Shown here: positions 57,396-64,000 of the stretch, piece after piece
Numbering within the stretch: the first letter of the stretch is position 1
How the letters are laid out: every line of letters starts with the position of its first letter
NCBI GenBank assembly: GCA_033764015.1
Contig: JANRJK010000046.1
Coordinates: 160,001 to 224,000, forward strand
Direction of reading: 5' to 3'
Length of the DNA: 64,000 nt
Origin: Candidatus Sumerlaeia bacterium
Lineage (GTDB): Bacteria > Sumerlaeota > Sumerlaeia > SLMS01 > JANRJK01
Made by a program: the position numbers and the translations under genes
The notes under the pieces: generated by a model
Seen by the model: only the letters and a program-made list of their open reading frames with translations
Database searches by the model: none
Told to the model about the DNA's origin: nothing

Positions 57396-58907
57396 TCAGT
57401 TGCCGCCGCGGAGCACGCGGTCCTCGAGCGTCTGGAGCGCCTCGGCGAGCTGCCGGTCCGTGCGGGCGGACGCCTCCATCTTCTTGCACGCGTAGATGAC
57501 GGAGGTGTGGTCCTTGCCGCCGAACTTGAGCGCGATGTCGGGGAAGCTGAGGTCGGTGAGCTTGCGGCAGAGGTACTGCGCCATGTGGCGGGGGCGGCTG
57601 AACTTCTTCGAGCGGTTCTTGCCGAGCAGGTCGCTGATCTTGATCTGGAAGTAGTCGCAGACGGCGCGCTGCACGTCCTCGGGGCAGATCGCGCGCGAGG
57701 CGTCGCTCTGCGTGCCGGTGCCAAGCACCTCGCGGGCGAGCGCCAGGTCGATGGAGCGCCCGTGCAGGCTGGCGTAGACGCGCAGCCGCTTGAGCATCCC
57801 CTCGAGTTCGCGGACGTTCGACGTGACGCGCTCGGCGACGAAGATGGCGACCTCCGTCGGGAGCATCATGCGCTCGATCTCCGCCTTCTTGCGGAGGATC
57901 GCGACGCGCGTCTCGAGGTCCGGCGGCTGGATGTCGACAAGGAGGCCCCATTCGAAGCGCGAGCGGAGCCGGTCCTCGAGCGCCTGCAGGTCCTTCGGCG
58001 CGCGGTCCGAGCTGACCACCACCTTCTTCCCCGCCTCGCACAGCGCGTTGAAGGTGTGGAAGAACTCCATCTGCGAGCGGTCCTTCCCCATGAGGAACTG
58101 CACGTCGTCGATCAGCAGCAGGTCCACGTTGCGGTAGTAGGAGCGGAAGTCGTTCGATTTGCGGTGCTGGATCGAGTCGATGAAGTGGTTGATGAACTGC
58201 TCGGAGGTCACGTAGAGGACGCGGACCTTGCCGTCGGCCTTGAGCATCTTGTGGCCGATGCCCTGCATGAGGTGCGTCTTGCCGAGGCCGGTGCCGCCGT
58301 AGATGAAGAGCGGGTGGAAGCCGTTCGAGCGGGGGTCGGCGACCGCGTTGGCGGCGGCGTGGGCGTAGCGGTTGCTCTCGCCGATGATGAACTCGTCGAA
58401 GCGGTAGCGCGGGTTGAGGCGGTTGTACGCGCCCACTTGGAACGGGGCCGCGTCGGTGCTTGCGGGAGGCGAGCTGTCGGTGGCGTCGGCCGCCTTCGCA
58501 CGCGGTGTTCCCCGCAGCTTGCGCGCCGTTCCGTTGGAACCTGTGGGGTCGTCCGCTACCTCGGCGTCATCCTCGAAGAACGTCTGCTGCACCGGCGCCG
58601 TGCCGTTCACGGCGGGCAGCTCGCGGCGCCCGCGTCCGCCCTCGTCGAGGTCCTCGCAGATCACGATCTCGAGTTCGACCGGCTCCTGCGCGGCGGTCTC
58701 GAGCGCGGCCTCGATCTTCGCGCGGAAGCGCTTGTTGATCCAGCGGCGGAAGAACTCGTTCGGCACCGCGAGGGACACCGGCGCGTCCGGGGAGTCGGGG
58801 AAGGTGACCCGCGACTTGCCGAGCCAGGCGCGCACGTTCGGCTCGCCGATGTCCTGGCGCAAGAGGTCGAGGGTCTGTTCCCACACATCCTCTGACAGAC
58901 GTGGCAT
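57396..58907 (-). CDS. dnaA: Chromosomal replication initiator DnaA
   Basis: LNPRYRFDEFIIGESN, PLFIYGGTGLGKTHL, LLIDDVQF, RLRSRFEWGL, NVRELEG, GGKDHTSV. Confidence 0.98.
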   Translation of the reverse strand: MPRLSEDVWEQTLDLLRQDIGEPNVRAWLGKSRVTFPDSPDAPVSLAVPNEFFRRWINKRFRAKIEAALETAAQEPVELEIVICEDLDEGGRGRRELPAVNGTAPVQQTFFEDDAEVADDPTGSNGTARKLRGTPRAKAADATDSSPPASTDAAPFQVGAYNRLNPRYRFDEFIIGESNRYAHAAANAVADPRSNGFHPLFIYGGTGLGKTHLMQGIGHKMLKADGKVRVLYVTSEQFINHFIDSIQHRKSNDFRSYYRNVDLLLIDDVQFLMGKDRSQMEFFHTFNALCEAGKKVVVSSDRAPKDLQALEDRLRSRFEWGLLVDIQPPDLETRVAILRKKAEIERMMLPTEVAIFVAERVTSNVRELEGMLKRLRVYASLHGRSIDLALAREVLGTGTQSDASRAICPEDVQRAVCDYFQIKISDLLGKNRSKKFSRPRHMAQYLCRKLTDLSFPDIALKFGGKDHTSVIYACKKMEASARTDRQLAEALQTLEDRVLRGGN

Positions 58908-58983
58908 CGCGTTCGAGCTCCGGGGTGTGGCGAGGGGGGTGTCGCTCAAGTAAGGACCGGGATACGGGGGGAGGGCCCGGTCC

Positions 58984-60021
58984 TCAAGGCTTTTCTCCGG
59001 CGCCGAAGTCGCGGCGCGCGATGAACTCAAGTGAAACAAGACCAATCTTCTGTAAGGTTTCCGCGGAAACCGCCGACAGGTCGTCGCGGACCGTATGGTG
59101 CTCTGGATACTCAAGATCGATCACGTTGATGTACGGAAATCCACGCTGCTGGTAGGGAACCGGATCATCGATGATGAATCCGGTCGCTTCGGACACGAAG
59201 AGGTCCGGGTAAAGCTCTTTACCAAGTGTCCAGAACTCGTCGACGAGTTCCGGCTGGAAGCGAAGGCTATAAGATTCCTTCCGAAATCTCGGATCCTTCT
59301 TCTCACCCACCATGTCGAGGTTGACCCCGGCCTCGAAACGGTCCTTCGGCTGCCACTGCGCGGCGAGCAGGTCCGCGCCGTAGGCGTACTCGCCGAACGG
59401 GTGGGGGCCGCTCATGTTCGGAGGGTAGCCTTGGTCCTCGGCGTCGTGCATCAGAATGATAATGCCAACATTTTCAGGCGGGTGGGCTTGGATCGCGCGG
59501 GCCATTTCGAGGAGCACGGCGACCGCCGAGCCGCCGTCGTTGGCTCCCGGGACCGGGAGGCGGCGCTCGGAGGCGGTCGACTTCGGCGAGTCGGCGTGCA
59601 GCCGGGTGTCGAAGTGCGCGCTGTACAGGATGCGGCGGGGCCGTTCGGGCTTCCAGCGGGCGATCACGTGGCGGATCGGCATCACGCCGCCGCCGGCGAT
59701 CTTGGGGCGGAACGTGCCCAGATCGATCACCTCGACGGCGAAGCCGACCTTCTTCAATTCGGAGGCCATCCAGTTGATTTGCCGGTCGTGGCCGGGGGTG
59801 CCCGGGATGCGGGGGCCGAATGCGAGCTGCTTCTCGACGTCGCGGAAGGCGCGCTCGCCGTCGAACGCCTGCGCCAGCGCCGAGAGCCGGGGAGCGGCGG
59901 GCGCCGATGCCTCGAGCGTCGCGGTGGTCGGCGCGTCGGACGCGTGCTGGGCGGCGGCGGGGCTCCAGGCGAGGAGCGCCGCCAGCAGCAGCGCGGCGGT
60001 CCGGTGGGCGTTGGTTGTCAT
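58984..60021 (-). CDS. Secreted M28-family protein, glutaminyl-peptide cyclotransferase-like
   Basis: GGAGG RBS; signal peptide; FGPRIPG, SAHFDTR, GANDGGS, HDAEDQG, LDMVG, IIDD, HHTVRD. Confidence 0.8.
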   Translation of the reverse strand: MTTNAHRTAALLLAALLAWSPAAAQHASDAPTTATLEASAPAAPRLSALAQAFDGERAFRDVEKQLAFGPRIPGTPGHDRQINWMASELKKVGFAVEVIDLGTFRPKIAGGGVMPIRHVIARWKPERPRRILYSAHFDTRLHADSPKSTASERRLPVPGANDGGSAVAVLLEMARAIQAHPPENVGIIILMHDAEDQGYPPNMSGPHPFGEYAYGADLLAAQWQPKDRFEAGVNLDMVGEKKDPRFRKESYSLRFQPELVDEFWTLGKELYPDLFVSEATGFIIDDPVPYQQRGFPYINVIDLEYPEHHTVRDDLSAVSAETLQKIGLVSLEFIARRDFGAGEKP

Positions 60022-60174
60022 GGGGGCGTTCCTCCTCCGGGCTGGCAAGGCTCGCGGCTCGGCGGCGCCGCGTGCAACCGAACAACCGACGGGGAGCGCC
60101 CTGCGTTTGGCCACGCCCCCGCCGCCACGCGGGTGCCTGTTGCCCGCCGGGCGGCCGGCGGGCGCAATCCGGCC

Positions 60175-60726
60175 ATGCCGACGCCCGAGCCGCACCGCAT
60201 GGATCCGGACCAGCCATCGCCCCACTCGGCGGCGAACAAGGCGGCGCGGCTGCTCTGGGCGGTCGCCTACCATGGCGTGTTCCGCTGGACTCCGCCCCCG
60301 CTGCATGGCGTTCGGCGCGCGGTGCTGCGGCTGTTCGGCGCGCGGATCGGGAGCGGCGCCTACGTGCACCCGTCGGTTCGGATCTGGGCGCCCTGGAATC
60401 TGCGGCTCGGGGCGCAGGCGTGCCTCGGGCCGGGCGTGGAGTGCTACAACGTGGCGACGGTCTCCGTCGGCGCGCGGAGCACCGTGTCGCAGCGGGCGAC
60501 GCTGTGCGCCGCGACGCACGACCACCGCGATGCGCGGATGCCGCTGGTTCCCCGCCCGATCGCCATCGGCCCGGAGGCGTGGATCGCCATGGAGGCGTTC
60601 ATCGGGCCCGGGGTGCGCGTGGGTGCGCGGGCGGTGGTCGGCGCGCGGGCGGTCGCGGTGCGCGACGTGCCCGCCGGGTGGGTCGCCGCGGGCAACCCCT
60701 GCCGCCCGGTGCGGCGCCGCTGGTAG
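60175..60726 (+). CDS. WcaF-like hexapeptide acetyltransferase
   Basis: LRLFGARIG, IWAPWNL, VSQRATLCAATHD, AGNPCR. Confidence 0.9.
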   Translation: MPTPEPHRMDPDQPSPHSAANKAARLLWAVAYHGVFRWTPPPLHGVRRAVLRLFGARIGSGAYVHPSVRIWAPWNLRLGAQACLGPGVECYNVATVSVGARSTVSQRATLCAATHDHRDARMPLVPRPIAIGPEAWIAMEAFIGPGVRVGARAVVGARAVAVRDVPAGWVAAGNPCRPVRRRW

Positions 60727-60729
60727 CGG

Positions 60730-64000
<3,271 letters not shown>

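Overview
A GC-rich chromosomal segment from a diderm bacterium (it carries kdsA and a LolC/E-type permease). A C-terminal SSVDDW..Y tail on one secreted protein resembles tails I recall from Candidatus Sumerlaeota/BRC1, but this is unverified inference. Housekeeping and metabolic genes include dnaA (without dnaN), mfd, rsmG, truA, kdsA, queE, glgE, a nucleotide-sugar dehydrogenase and an 8-oxoguanine deaminase-like amidohydrolase. They are mixed with many envelope genes: two CBM48 proteins, a 14-blade beta-propeller protein, a ~2460-aa BACON-repeat protein, GT-C glycosyltransferases and a pilGHI-like ABC module. There are two lower-GC accessory spots. (i) At ~12.4-15.1 kb an ABC-type AAA_21 ATPase plus PIN-like gene pair lies between a PARG pseudogene and a tyrosine-integrase remnant; this is a candidate defence or toxin-antitoxin system. 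(ii) At ~24.3-29.1 kb an IS630 and an IS5 flank broken secreted-protein genes. Cross-window patterns are a Gln at +1 of many predicted signal peptides together with an M28 glutaminyl-cyclase-like gene (possible Q-rule), and a recurring non-canonical sigma70-type promoter. I saw no rRNA, tRNA or CRISPR. All calls come from reading motifs by eye; no database searches were run.
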